Source of the DNA: Candidatus Multivorans sp.
Lineage (GTDB): Bacteria > Acidobacteriota > Thermoanaerobaculia > Multivoradales > Multivoraceae
Direction of reading: 5' to 3'
Assembly: GCA_965205095.1 (NCBI GenBank)
Contig: OZ242040.1
Coordinates: forward strand, 1,607,787-1,671,786
DNA length: 64,000 nucleotides
Each line of letters begins with the position of its first letter. The stretch's first letter is position 1. Under the pieces are notes generated by a model. It saw only the letters and a program-made list of their open reading frames with translations. It was not told the DNA's origin and did no database searches. The position numbers were made by a program, and so were the translations under genes. Positions 29,226-39,495 of this stretch are shown one piece after another.

Positions 29226-29535
29226 AAGCCACTGAGATCGTCTCCAGGTCCCGCCGCAAGTCTTGGAGTTCGTACTGCGCCGGCACCTTCCGGGCGCGGG
29301 CGTAGTCCATCATCTCCCACAGTGAGACGCCGGCGTCGCGCGCCGCTCGTGCGAGCGTGACCTTCCCGTCGCCGTACTGCCGGGCGTAGTGCTTGAGTTT
29401 CCAGTCGTGGACCGCGCTCGCAAGCAACCGGCGCACCGTCGTCGAGCGGTCGGCCTGCTCGACCTCCTCGATGAGTTCGAGTTCGCGGACCAGGCCCATG
29501 GGCAGCCTGGCGCCCACTGTCTGTTCTTTCTTCAT
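29206..29535 (-). CDS. UPF0175-family (HTH) putative antitoxin with no recognisable toxin partner
   Basis: 109 aa, C-terminal HTH AARDAGVSLWEMMDYARARKV. Confidence 0.5.
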   Translation of the reverse strand: MKKEQTVGARLPMGLVRELELIEEVEQADRSTTVRRLLASAVHDWKLKHYARQYGDGKVTLARAARDAGVSLWEMMDYARARKVPAQYELQDLRRDLETISVASDRRER

Positions 29536-29561
29536 GAGTCTGTCCAGGGAAGGACTCGTAG

Positions 29562-29855
29562 ATGCCTATCCAGCACTTTACTCTGATCGTCGAGGGTACC
29601 GACCTGCAAGCCGAACCGTTCATCGGCGCTCTCTTTGAAGCTGGCTGCGACGACGCGACCGTCGGCCAAGTGGACGGCGTCCAGTACGTCGACTTCGATC
29701 GGGAAGCGGAGAGCCTCGGCGAGGCGATCATCTCCGCAGTGCGGGACGTCGAGAGGGTCGACGGCCTTCAGGTAGTTCGGGTCGCCGATGCGGGGCTCGT
29801 CTCGATGACGGACATCGCCTCCCGCCACCCGCTCAGGCGTTCAGAAACCCCTTAG
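29562..29855 (+). CDS. Hypothetical protein
   Basis: ORF only. Confidence 0.3.
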   Translation: MPIQHFTLIVEGTDLQAEPFIGALFEAGCDDATVGQVDGVQYVDFDREAESLGEAIISAVRDVERVDGLQVVRVADAGLVSMTDIASRHPLRRSETP

Positions 29856-30169
29856 TCACCATTCGCTTCATGAACGGAGATGCAGGCCTTCGTCGAGACG
29901 AACAGGGCGACCATTCCCGGGTTGCTGGCAACGCTCGGAAAGTGAGCCAAACGCCGATCGGAAAGTGATCCACCCTCGGCGGTGTTTGAGTGTACGGGAT
30001 CCGTTCTCCCGGGTGTCCTTCGGAGGTCAGTAGCAGCAGCGGCTGCGGTAGCAGTGGGAAACCGGCTTGGCGGTTTTCCAAGGCGCTGCGGGAAACGGTC
30101 TGCCGTTTTCCGCAGGGCCGGCAGCTTCCGCAGCCGGCGTCGCCGCCTGGTTGGAGCACGCAAGGCGCC

Positions 30170-30919
30170 TCATGCCGTGGTCCTCAAGCGGGTCCGATAC
30201 GAGGCGCCCTTGGTGGTGAGGATGTGGGCGTGGTGGGAGAGGCGGTCGAGCAGGGCGGTGGTCAACTTCTCGTCGCCGAAGACCCGGACCCATTCGGAGA
30301 AGGCGAGATTGGAGGTGAGGATGGTGGAGCGGCGCTCGTAGCGGTCGGCGAGGACGTTGAACAGGAGTTCGCCGCCGGCGCGGTCGAAGGGCACGAAGCC
30401 GAGCTCGTCGAGGATCAACAGGTCGACTCGCTGCAGACGTTGCTGCAGGCGGCCCAGCTCCCGCTGGTCGCGGGCTTCGAAGAGGTCGCGGACGAGGTCG
30501 GAGGCCTTCCTGAAGAGGACCCGGCGCCTTCGCTTCGCGGCCTCGATGCCGAGCGCGGTCGCGATGTGGGTCTTGCCGGTGCCGATGGGTCCGACCAGGA
30601 CGACGTCGTCGCCGCGATCGATGTATTCGCAGGAGGCCAGCTCGGCCAGCTTGGGTTTGGAGATGCCCTTGAGCGCTTTGAAGTCGATCTGCTCCATGGT
30701 CTTCTGGTCGGGGAAACGGGCGGCGCGCATCAGGCGCGCGACGGCTCTGGCGCCGCGATCCCTGATCTCCGCTTCAAGCAGTTGCCACAGGTAGTCCTCG
30801 TAGTCCCACTGTCCGTCCCGGGCCTGCCGCGCCCGCTGCTCGTAGTCACGCAGCACGGAAGGCAGCCTGAGCGTCCTGAGGCCCTCCGCAATGACGGCTC
30901 TGCGCGCGACGCGGCTCAC
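30170..30919 (-). CDS. istB: IS21-family helper ATPase IstB (GTG start)
   Basis: Walker A GPIGTGKTH, Walker B LLILDELG. Confidence 0.85.
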   Translation of the reverse strand: MSRVARRAVIAEGLRTLRLPSVLRDYEQRARQARDGQWDYEDYLWQLLEAEIRDRGARAVARLMRAARFPDQKTMEQIDFKALKGISKPKLAELASCEYIDRGDDVVLVGPIGTGKTHIATALGIEAAKRRRRVLFRKASDLVRDLFEARDQRELGRLQQRLQRVDLLILDELGFVPFDRAGGELLFNVLADRYERRSTILTSNLAFSEWVRVFGDEKLTTALLDRLSHHAHILTTKGASYRTRLRTTA

Positions 30920-32359
30920 GACGCCGCCTCGTGAAGCAGGGCGTCGAAGTCGGCGGCCGCGGCGCTCTCGACCGTGTGGTCTCGAAGGGCTTCCGGCACC
31001 TCGATCGCGAGGGCCTGCCTGTGCTCGACCAGCCCCAGCAGATCGAAGCGGCCGGCGGCCAGGGCCTCCTCGACTGCGGCGGCGACCTCCTCGCTGCCCT
31101 CGTCCGTGATCACGCTCAGCAGCTTGGCGAAGAGCCGCGCCGTCTCCAGCGCACCGTGCCGAGACTCGAGCATCCGCCACAGCTTGCGGTAGGCCGGGCC
31201 GAGCTCAAGAAGCAACTCCGGAGCGACCTGTCGCACCGCCTGGGGTTTGCGCGACAGCTCCTCGAAATAGTGCGAGTAGCGCACCAGGCGTTGGCCGGGA
31301 CGCATCCGATCGCAGCGGTACTCCTCCTCCCGGCAGCGGAAGACGATGTCGCTCGCCCCGATCCGGGCATGGACGTCGAGGCTCTTCCACCGTGAAGGAA
31401 CGGAGTAGGTCGCGCCGCCCAACTGCACCGTCGCCTGGCGAGAGACCCGCACGATCCTGAGCTTCCTCGGCTCGAAGTCCGATCCAGGCAACTCCCGCAT
31501 CGCTTCCCGCTCCTCGTCCCAAAGCGCGGCGTCCTTGTGCGCCGCATCGACCGAGGCCAGCACCGCGGCCGCGATCTCCGCAAGCGTCCCGCCGCGAGGC
31601 GCCGGACTCATGTGCGCCAGACGGATGCCCTTGCCCCGAGCCTCCACGCTGCCCTTGTCGTGACCCTCGCCCGGACGGGCGAAGCACGGCTCGAACAGGT
31701 AGTGGCTCGCCAGGGCCGCGAATCGCTCCGTCAACTCCCGCTCGGACCCGACGCGACGGCGAACCGCCGAACTCAGATTGTCGTAGACCAGACGATGGGG
31801 CACGCCGCCGAAGTGCAGGAATGCCCGCACGTGACCGTCCAGGAACGACACCTGGTCGCAGCGGTCGTACAGCCACACGAACGAGCGCTTCGAGTACGGC
31901 AGATGCATCAGGAACTTCCACACCCGGTGCGCCACGCCGCCCTCCTCGACCGTCACCTCGAAGAAATCCACCTGGCCCGACTCCCCGGCACGGTGCACCA
32001 GCGGAATGAACGTCTCCCGCCGCACACGCTTCCACTCCCGAACGTAGCTGCGAACCGTCGTGATCCCGGACCTCGTAGCCCTCCTCCGCCAACTGGCGGT
32101 GCAGACGAACAGCCGTCAGGCGCTGCTTGGCCGTCGTCCGCCGCGACCACCTGCTCAGCAGCTCCTCCAGTCGCGGCCCCACTCGCTCCGTCACCCACCG
32201 ACGCCGGGGCTTGCTCTCAACCCGGCGCGCCTCGCTCTGGTCCAGGTACCTCCGCACCGTGTTGCGGCTTACGCCGTGCTCGCGAACCACCGAACGCTGG
32301 CTGCGCCCCTCCACCAGAACCTGGTGCCGAATAACATGAACCTGATCCATCCTCAGCAA
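30916..32359 (-). pseudogene. istA: IS21-family transposase IstA, frameshifted between the N-terminal HTH part (32359 to about 32060) and the DDE part (32025-30916)
   Basis: The N-terminal frame reads ...LAEEGYEV. The +1 frame then continues as ...SGITTVRSYVREWKRVRRETFIPLVH. A single-base indel near 32050-32065 separates them. Confidence 0.75.
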
Positions 32360-32425
32360 GTCCTTCCTCCGATCGCGTTGGTCTCATCGTCAAGACCAAG
32401 CTACCGGCCAAGGGCCGAGGGTGGA

Positions 32426-32752
32426 TCACTTTCCGATCGTTGGGTGGCTCAGTTTCCGAGCGATGCCTCCAGCCACGAGACGCTCGTGCTCGGCTTCGAC
32501 ATCGTCGACGGCGAAGGAAGCAAGGGGGATCCCGTCCTCCACGAGCGCCCTCCTGTACGGACCGACCGCGGGGTGTTCAGCAGGCTCGAGCAGCAACTCC
32601 GTCCCCTCCGGAGCTTCCTCGGATACGACGGTGATCCAGGCGTGCTCTCCCACCGGGATGTCGTGCTTTACCCGAAAGCCGAGCGTCTCGGTGTAGAAGC
32701 GAAGCGCCTTCCGCTGGTCGTCCACGAAAACGCCGGTCAGGTGGATTCTCAT
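32426..32752 (-). CDS. VOC (glyoxalase/bleomycin-resistance) family protein. Its 3' end runs into the IS21 terminal repeat.
   Basis: 108 aa VOC fold. The last roughly 10 codons are encoded by IS terminal-repeat sequence. Confidence 0.65.
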   Translation of the reverse strand: MRIHLTGVFVDDQRKALRFYTETLGFRVKHDIPVGEHAWITVVSEEAPEGTELLLEPAEHPAVGPYRRALVEDGIPLASFAVDDVEAEHERLVAGGIARKLSHPTIGK

Positions 32753-33036
32753 TTCTCAATGTCCTCGTCTGTTGAGACCGGCCACCGCTCCCCGATTGCC
32801 GTGAGCGGGGCGCCCTCGAACCAGTGGAGCTTGGACCTTCCCTCCCGCTTCGTGCGGATCAGCCCGGCGGCTTCCAGGACCTGCAGGTGTTGCGAGATCG
32901 CCTGCCGCGAGGAGTTGATGTCGTGCTTCATGATCAGGCGCCCGCAGATCTCGAAGAGCGATTGACCTGGCCGATCGACGAGCTCATCCAGGATGGCTCG
33001 CCTGGTCGGGTCTGCGATCGCGCGGAAGATGTCCAC
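32749..33036 (-). CDS. ArsR/SmtB family transcriptional regulator
   Basis: ADPTRRAILDEL...ISQHLQVLEAAGLI wHTH. Confidence 0.8.
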   Translation of the reverse strand: MDIFRAIADPTRRAILDELVDRPGQSLFEICGRLIMKHDINSSRQAISQHLQVLEAAGLIRTKREGRSKLHWFEGAPLTAIGERWPVSTDEDIEK

Positions 33037-34291
33037 ATGTCTACGGCAGGTCTGCGTGTCGAGGCTTCATGTATATGCAAGCACCGGCTTGCATGTCAAC
33101 CGTGAGCTTCCCACGGCGCTGCACGGCTCGTTGTGTCGTCCCTCAGCGCCCGAGGTCAGCGGCACGCCGGCTTGCTCGGCGGTCAGTCCGGGGTCACCCG
33201 GAAGTTGGGTCCCACACCCAAAGCGCGGTCACGGGATCTCGTCGTCGGTCGCTTGGCCCGTCCCAAAGCACCCCGTCTTCATCCAGAGCCGCGACGTGCC
33301 GGTCGAAGCCGACCAGGCAGGGGACGAAGGGGAGACAGTCCGCGACACGAGCGGGCGGATCATCAACCCGTGTCAACAGGTGCGGTAGAGAATCGAGCCA
33401 GCTGGCAGCAGCTCCCTCGCCAGGGCGATACGGTTCACCGAATGGTCGCCCCGTGGCGTTCTGGAACAGGGCAAGCGCGTCTCTCCCGAACGGTGGCAAC
33501 GACCGGTCAGCATCACCTCGATAGCGTCCAAGGCCGCGGCAGGCTCGGCCCCGCAATCGGCTAGACACTGCAACCGCAACTCATAGTCCGAGAGCCAGCG
33601 CGCTCGTCTGACCCACTTGAGGACAGTCCACGGCGTGCAGCCTGACACCCGCGTCAGGGCAATCACGGCGCAGGCGTTCGGGTGTAGCGCCTCTTCACCG
33701 GACGGCAATCCATCCAGGGCATTGCCGAGACGGACGCGGGGACGGAACCAACGGGTCACACTGTCTTTCTCGTCGCCTTCCTCAGGAGGCCGCGACGATT
33801 GTAGTCAACCCTCACCGCCGATGCTGCGACGTCGGGGGTTCAACTTAGAGTTCGGGCTCGACGAAGGCCCGAGTAGTCCGGGCGCAGCGGGATCGGTTAC
33901 ATTGACCAGGTCGGGAGCGCGTTTTAGACCTCGGTCCGCCTGCGGCGGAATGGCTGGCGGGCTCGAGGCGGCCGCAGGCCTCCCGCCTCAGTACCGGCAA
34001 CCTAGCCCCGTCCCCGGGGATAGATCCTCGCGGTCTCGACGACGCGAGTACGTTCCCGAGACTGCCGACGACCCCCAAGCCGTTGCGGCACTTGGCTCTT
34101 GATCGCGCATTCGTTGCTCGATAGCTCGTTAGGTTCGCCCTGAACTTGCTCCTGATCGCTGTATAGTCGCGCCTTCCATTCATCGGGGTGGAGTCATCCC
34201 CTAAGGGCGACGGACCGTTCGCCGCCACGCGCGCACAACCTCGTCGGCCGCGACTCAGCCACGTGAAGCTGCCCGGTTTCCTGGTGGGAGA

Positions 34292-34855
34292 GTGACCAGA
34301 CGGAAAGGGAGATTCCGAGTGGCCAGACACCACAAGCTGATCCAGAGCTACGGGCTTTTCTGGGACCGGGACAAGGTCGATTGGAGCAAGAACAAGGCGA
34401 GACTGCTCGGCAGGCTCAAGGTCAGGGACAAGGCTGTGGACTTTCGCAACCAGGCGGGCATCTACGCCCTCTACGACCGTGAGTTTCGCCTGCTCTACGT
34501 CGGCCAAGCTGGGAGCAGCAACAGCACGTTGCTGAGCCGTCTCAGGTACCACAACACTCTTCACACTGGAACTCGCGGATTGGCCTCCCGGTGGCAGTAC
34601 TTTTCCTGGTTCGGCCTCCTCCGCGTCCTGAAGGGAAGCCAGAAGCTGGCTGGACCGCCCAAGACTCACCAGACGAAGCGGCCAGAAATCCTCGACGCCC
34701 TAGAAGCTGTCGCTATCGAGATTGCAGATCCCGATCTCAACCGGCAGGGCGGCAGGCTGCGCGCCATTGAGGAGTACCTGCAGTGTGGAGATGACGTCGA
34801 AGAGCAGCGAGCCGAGGACGGTGGCTCTGATGCGGAAGGAAACGGGAACGCATAG
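34292..34855 (+). CDS. Small GIY-YIG domain protein (intact paralog of the IS-disrupted gene)
   Basis: AGIYALYDREFRLLYVGQAG plus downstream conserved Arg/Glu/Asn. Confidence 0.6.
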   Translation: MTRRKGRFRVARHHKLIQSYGLFWDRDKVDWSKNKARLLGRLKVRDKAVDFRNQAGIYALYDREFRLLYVGQAGSSNSTLLSRLRYHNTLHTGTRGLASRWQYFSWFGLLRVLKGSQKLAGPPKTHQTKRPEILDALEAVAIEIADPDLNRQGGRLRAIEEYLQCGDDVEEQRAEDGGSDAEGNGNA

Positions 34856-34867
34856 TCCGCTCGCCTA

Positions 34868-36025
34868 GTGGCGCGCGTGCTCCGGCCCCAGCAGCGGCGG
34901 CGGCCGGCGCCGCCACCGCACGGGTCGTTGCGAGAAGGGACGAGGAGGTCGACGGACGTGGAAGGAATCAAGATCTGGCAGCTCGATGGATCGCGGGCCA
35001 TTCCTCTGGCCTCGGCCAACCGGCTGAAGTCCGAACAGATGCTCGAAGAGGCCCTGGTCGAGAACCCGCACCTGCTGATCGAAGGGTTGACCCTGGTCGG
35101 TCGGCAGACGCCTACAGAGGGCGGGCCGCTTGATCTCCTAGGAGTAGACCAGGACGGCAGGTTGGCAGTCTTCGAACTGAAGCGCGGCACACTGTCACGA
35201 GATGCGGTCGCTCAGGTGATCGACTATGCCTCTCACCTCGACGACATGGATCTCGAAGAGCTCGCCGGTCACATAGGCGCAGCGTCAGGTGCTCACGGCA
35301 TCGACAGAATCGAGAACTTCGAGGATTGGTACGGCCCGCGGTTCGGTGAGCTTGAGTCCCTCAAGCCGTTGCGCCTGTTTCTGGTTGGCCTCGGCGTGGA
35401 CGATAGGACGGAGCGGATGGTGAGGTTCCTCGCCAACAACAGCGCCATGGACATCTCCCTCCTGACCTTCCACGGGTTCGACCAAGGTGGAAAGAGCCTG
35501 CTGGCCAAGCAGGTGGAAGTGGAGCCAACGGACAATGCCCAACGGACAGTACGACGCAGGCGCAGGAGCCGGCAGGAACTCCAGCAGAGGTTCAACGAGA
35601 AGCTCAGTCGATCCGGTGTCCCGGAGTTGTTCCACGAGGTCAAGGGCGTGTTCGAGAAAGACTGGCCGCGAGCCCTGAAGAGGTCGAACTCCTACGGACT
35701 CGCCTTCAAGCTCCAGAGACCGACGCCGTCGGGGCGGTACTCCGTGCAGTACGCGCGGGTCGATCCCAACGAAGACGAAGTAGCCATGGTCTTCTTCCCG
35801 CGCGCCATCCGCCTGTCCAGGGAGGAGTTCAGGCCGCGAGTCGACGAAGTCCCGTACAAGACGTGGCCACCGGGTCGTGAAGCCCTGCCAGCGAACGAGG
35901 ACGAACAGCCGGAGATCCAGTTCCAACTGACGCCGGAAGCCTGGAACGACCACAAGGCGAGCCTGGCCGAACTTGCCCAAGCCGTCTACGAGGCTTGGGA
36001 GGAAGAGCGTGCTAGTGAGCCGTAG
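34868..36025 (+). CDS. PD-(D/E)xK nuclease-fold protein, paralog 2
   Basis: 385 aa, about 90% identical to 24916-26022. Confidence 0.6.
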   Translation: MARVLRPQQRRRPAPPPHGSLREGTRRSTDVEGIKIWQLDGSRAIPLASANRLKSEQMLEEALVENPHLLIEGLTLVGRQTPTEGGPLDLLGVDQDGRLAVFELKRGTLSRDAVAQVIDYASHLDDMDLEELAGHIGAASGAHGIDRIENFEDWYGPRFGELESLKPLRLFLVGLGVDDRTERMVRFLANNSAMDISLLTFHGFDQGGKSLLAKQVEVEPTDNAQRTVRRRRRSRQELQQRFNEKLSRSGVPELFHEVKGVFEKDWPRALKRSNSYGLAFKLQRPTPSGRYSVQYARVDPNEDEVAMVFFPRAIRLSREEFRPRVDEVPYKTWPPGREALPANEDEQPEIQFQLTPEAWNDHKASLAELAQAVYEAWEEERASEP

Positions 36026-36130
36026 GCGACGCCCCTACGCTCCGCGGCGACACGGGCAACACCGGGGACGATTCCAGCAGACCCGCAGCTACGACCCGCC
36101 AGACCCGACTAGCGCAGAGGGGAGCCGAGA

Positions 36131-37129
36131 ATGGTGAAGCTGGCCGCATGGACGATCGAGGAACAGCCCGAGAAGAAAGGCCCGCAGAAATGGGAGCCAC
36201 GGAGAATCGAGCCCTCCCAGATCGACCTGGAGAAACACCTCGAGGACTGGATCGTCAAGGATGCATCCCTCATCGGGCAAGGGCTGACACTGGTCGGCCG
36301 CCAAGTGACGATCGACGACGGTCGTCTCGATCTGCTGGCCATCGACTCGCACGACCGGTGGGTGGTGATCGAGGTCAAGCCCGGAGTTCTCCACTCCGGC
36401 GCACTGAACCAGGCGCTCTACTACGCCTCGTCACTCGCCCTTCTCGACACGGATGACGTCAGCAGGCTCCTGAAAGACGGACTTCGCCAGCTTGGGGACG
36501 AGGAGGCACTTTCAGCGAGAGTCAAGCAGCTTCTGGACGAGGAAGAGGAGCGAGAGATCGCCCTGTTGCTCGTCGGTGCCGGCGTCCACCCGGGCTTGGA
36601 GCGAATGAACGGCTTCCTCGGGCGCTTCGGTATTCCGGTCAGCGTTGTCAGCTTCGAGGTGTTCGAGTTGGATGAGGGCCCGAAGCTCCTGGTCCGCGAG
36701 GTGATCGACGAAGCCGTCGCGGTGCCGCGTCCGAAACGCCGCTACACCGTTGGGGCTATCCGGAACCTGGCCGTCAAGGCGGGCGTTGGAGAGCAGTTCG
36801 ATCGCTTCGTCCGCATCTCGGAAGAGGCCGGTCTGCCGGTGCAGGCGCAACAGGCATCTGTGAGAATCGCTCCGCCGGCAGACAAGAGGCGTTTTCTGAT
36901 GTACGCGACGCCGCGACCCGACCCGAACGGCGGAGCACTGGGTATCTGGGTGGGTCCCGAGAACTTCGCCGACTGGTTTCCTCCCATATGCGCCGAAGCG
37001 GCCACGGACGCGCTCGGCACCTACGACGACGGCGACTTCCTGGCCGGTGAGGAGCTCGCCAACCGGCTCGACGAGATAGAGAGCTTCCTGACGACGTACT
37101 TTCCGGAGCCAACTGCGGACAGCGACTAA
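36131..37129 (+). CDS. PD-(D/E)xK nuclease-fold protein, paralog 3 (divergent)
   Basis: GRLDLLAIDSHDRWVVIEVKPG ... ALNQALYYASSL. Confidence 0.55.
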   Translation: MVKLAAWTIEEQPEKKGPQKWEPRRIEPSQIDLEKHLEDWIVKDASLIGQGLTLVGRQVTIDDGRLDLLAIDSHDRWVVIEVKPGVLHSGALNQALYYASSLALLDTDDVSRLLKDGLRQLGDEEALSARVKQLLDEEEEREIALLLVGAGVHPGLERMNGFLGRFGIPVSVVSFEVFELDEGPKLLVREVIDEAVAVPRPKRRYTVGAIRNLAVKAGVGEQFDRFVRISEEAGLPVQAQQASVRIAPPADKRRFLMYATPRPDPNGGALGIWVGPENFADWFPPICAEAATDALGTYDDGDFLAGEELANRLDEIESFLTTYFPEPTADSD

Positions 37130-37424
37130 CCCCTCGGGGGGTGGAAGCAACCCGTCGACTCCAGTCGCAACGCTTGCTCCGCGGAGGTTTAGCTGGCCGC
37201 CGCGCGCGTTCGGCATCGAAGAGCACCTGTTCTTGGAGGCCTGCGGTCAGCCGGCCGGAACGATCTTAAGAGGCAGTTACAGCACGGCTGACAACTGCTT
37301 TCGTCTCGACCGCGACCATCTCGAGAGCCTCATCTCGCTCATTGTCGACCGACCAACGTCCGGAGGCAGCCTTCCGGAGGACTGAGCATCCGCTACGGCA
37401 CTGGGGCCGGTAGCAACGGCGGGC

Positions 37425-37500
37425 AGTTGTGGATGCGGCAACGTTGCAGATCTGTCAGCCGGTGTCGGATCGGACTAGGGCCACTGGGAGGTCGTAGGCG
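37425..37500 (+). other. Fragment homologous to the last roughly 75 bp of the CitE-like lyase gene (15395-15475), in a 500-bp non-coding stretch
   Basis: GGCGGGCAGTTGTGGATGCGGCAACGTTGCAGATCTGTCAGCCGGTGTCGGA... compared with GGCGGGCAGTTGGTGGATGCGGCTACGTTGCGGATCTATGAGCCGGTGTTGGA. Confidence 0.65.
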
Positions 37501-37633
37501 TGGCCCGTCCGACCCGTCGCCAGAACATCAGCGAGTCCTTGATACTCTCCACCTGGCCGCAGTCAGGCCCGGCTGGCTTCTTGACGGCTCAAGCAGCAAG
37601 ATCTGAGTGCCATGAACGGCCTAGTCGTCCGCG

Positions 37634-38188
37634 GTGCTCTCGGCTTGGTTCAGTAGCTCTTCACTCCAAAGCCCAATGTCCTCTGCATCTGACCTCAGAG
37701 CTCGCGTCGGCTACTTGCTGGCTGGCGGTCTAGTGTTCCTCGCTATTGAGCACATTCTAGTGGACGCCACTGTCAGCTTCATCAAGGGCACGACAGCTTC
37801 GATCATCGAGTATGTTCCTGAAATAATGCCGTCTACAGTCGTCCAACGAGAACGACGAGAGCGCATAAGGGAACTGAGAGAAGAATCTCAGCACGAGCTA
37901 TGGCTGTCGAGAAACTTGACGTTCGAGGGAGACTTCTCCGACTCGCTCAGGGAGGTGTTTCGTCGCCACCATAGGGAACAGGCCGTGCTCCTGGACCTGC
38001 AAGCGCGACGGTTGGAAGAGGGCCGGCTCGTCAGAAAGTACCCACCCGCGAAGTGGTATGACAACGTCTTCGTCTACCCTATGGACTTGAACCCTAGCGA
38101 TCTTCCCGGTCTCTCCGTCAGAGATGCCAACCGGAAGCCGATAATCCTGCGCAACAGAGTCACAGTTAGGCTAGATGGGTCGAGCTAG
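37634..38188 (+). CDS. Hypothetical protein
   Basis: ORF, lower-GC codon usage. Confidence 0.35.
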   Translation: MLSAWFSSSSLQSPMSSASDLRARVGYLLAGGLVFLAIEHILVDATVSFIKGTTASIIEYVPEIMPSTVVQRERRERIRELREESQHELWLSRNLTFEGDFSDSLREVFRRHHREQAVLLDLQARRLEEGRLVRKYPPAKWYDNVFVYPMDLNPSDLPGLSVRDANRKPIILRNRVTVRLDGSS

Positions 38189-38279
38189 CGTGGCGCGGGC
38201 CAGGCGCATGCCGTGAACTCCTTGGGCCAGTGGCTCTTCCCTTCAGGGGACTATGTCGAGTAGTGCCTACGCCAAAGGG

Positions 38280-39113
38280 CTACACGGCATCGCCGATCTG
38301 GGACGCCAACTCGCCTTCGTAGACGTACACGGCGCCCAGCATCAAGTACTTCGTCCACAGCCGCCAGACCGCTTGCCATCTCGAACTCTTCGGATCAGCC
38401 TGTTCCACGGGGAGTCCGTAGCTCCTTGCATCCGTCGCCGACACGATCGCGCCGTGGTTCTTGGATTCGCCGATCAGATGCTGGTGCAGGGCTTTGGCGA
38501 GCGCCTCCACATCCTGGGGCTTGCGTGACGAAACGCTCGCCAGAGCCTCCCGAGTCAGGTCTGCGATTCGGTCCATCGCGTCGCGGCTCTGCTGGACCAT
38601 GAGCGCTGTGATGTCGGTCAAGAGCGATGCGTGAAGTGGATAGGTCGTGGGGTTCTCTTGAATCCTGCGCTCGGCCTCTTCCACCGCGGCGATGATGGCG
38701 CGTGCGGGGGCCAGGGAGCCGTCCGGAAGCTGGAACTGTGGGTCGACAGGGCCGAGGTCACTCGTCGGCCCCATGTAGATGCTGTCCGCCCCCAAGACCA
38801 GGAGCGTTCCGGCGCTCTTGGCCTGGTCCGGCACGATCACGGTCAGCTCCCGGCACCGCGACTGGGCTTGGCGAATCATCCGCAACGCGGTTTCGCCATC
38901 CCCTCCCAAGGTCCCGAGCATGAGGTGAAGATCCTGCTCCGGGTCCGCATTGAACAGTGTCTCCTCAAGAAGCGGGACGCTGCGAAGCGGGAAGATCACA
39001 TCCCGCACGACCACGAGACGGCAGTCGTGAGCTTCCTGGTAGCTCCGGATGATCTGCTGGCGTTCGTACCGCCCAGCGTTGGCGGCTTCGTAGAGAGGAC
39101 TGCGGTTCGTCAC
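38280..39113 (-). CDS. ClpP/S49-fold serine peptidase (SDH family)
   Basis: GGDGETALRMI...AKSAGTLLVLGADSIYMGPTSDLGPVDPQ. Confidence 0.55.
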   Translation of the reverse strand: MTNRSPLYEAANAGRYERQQIIRSYQEAHDCRLVVVRDVIFPLRSVPLLEETLFNADPEQDLHLMLGTLGGDGETALRMIRQAQSRCRELTVIVPDQAKSAGTLLVLGADSIYMGPTSDLGPVDPQFQLPDGSLAPARAIIAAVEEAERRIQENPTTYPLHASLLTDITALMVQQSRDAMDRIADLTREALASVSSRKPQDVEALAKALHQHLIGESKNHGAIVSATDARSYGLPVEQADPKSSRWQAVWRLWTKYLMLGAVYVYEGELASQIGDAV

Positions 39114-39451
39114 TGGCGGATGCGGATCGGTAGCCCCTGCAGATCGAACGTGGACGGCTTGTCACCCCGAGCCTTCCGCGTCTCCTCCCGTACCCGCTTG
39201 GCGAACTCGATCCGTTCCCGCCAATCGGGATCGATGCTCGTCGGGGGGTGCCCAAGCGCGGGTGACTGTCCGGCGACATCCCGGCTGCGATCCGACGGTG
39301 TGGCTTTAGGCTCGGTCACGACTGGTCCCTGCTGTTCCGTATGGGGCGTTCCGAGTACACGCTCGCCCTCTCGGCCGAAGTGTACGAGGTGGATTCTAGC
39401 GGAGACCCACCCTGGCGGCTCGATTCGCCCGAAGCCCGAGACCTGATTCAA
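39110..39451 (-). CDS. Hypothetical protein upstream of, and coupled to, the peptidase gene
   Basis: ORF with a 4-bp overlap. Confidence 0.35.
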   Translation of the reverse strand: MNQVSGFGRIEPPGWVSARIHLVHFGREGERVLGTPHTEQQGPVVTEPKATPSDRSRDVAGQSPALGHPPTSIDPDWRERIEFAKRVREETRKARGDKPSTFDLQGLPIRIRQ

Positions 39452-39495
39452 CTCTCGGGTTGAATGACAGCCCAGATCCCGCTACCCTCAACCAC

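Larger units (their letters stand above)
29915..32465 (-). mobile_element. IS21-family insertion sequence (about 2.55 kb) with long multi-repeat terminal inverted repeats
   Basis: Inverted repeats GCTGGCAACGCTCGGAAAGTGAGCCAAACGCCGATCGGAAAGTGATCCACCCTCGGC (29918-29989) and its reverse complement at 32389-32462. Carries istA and istB. Confidence 0.8.
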
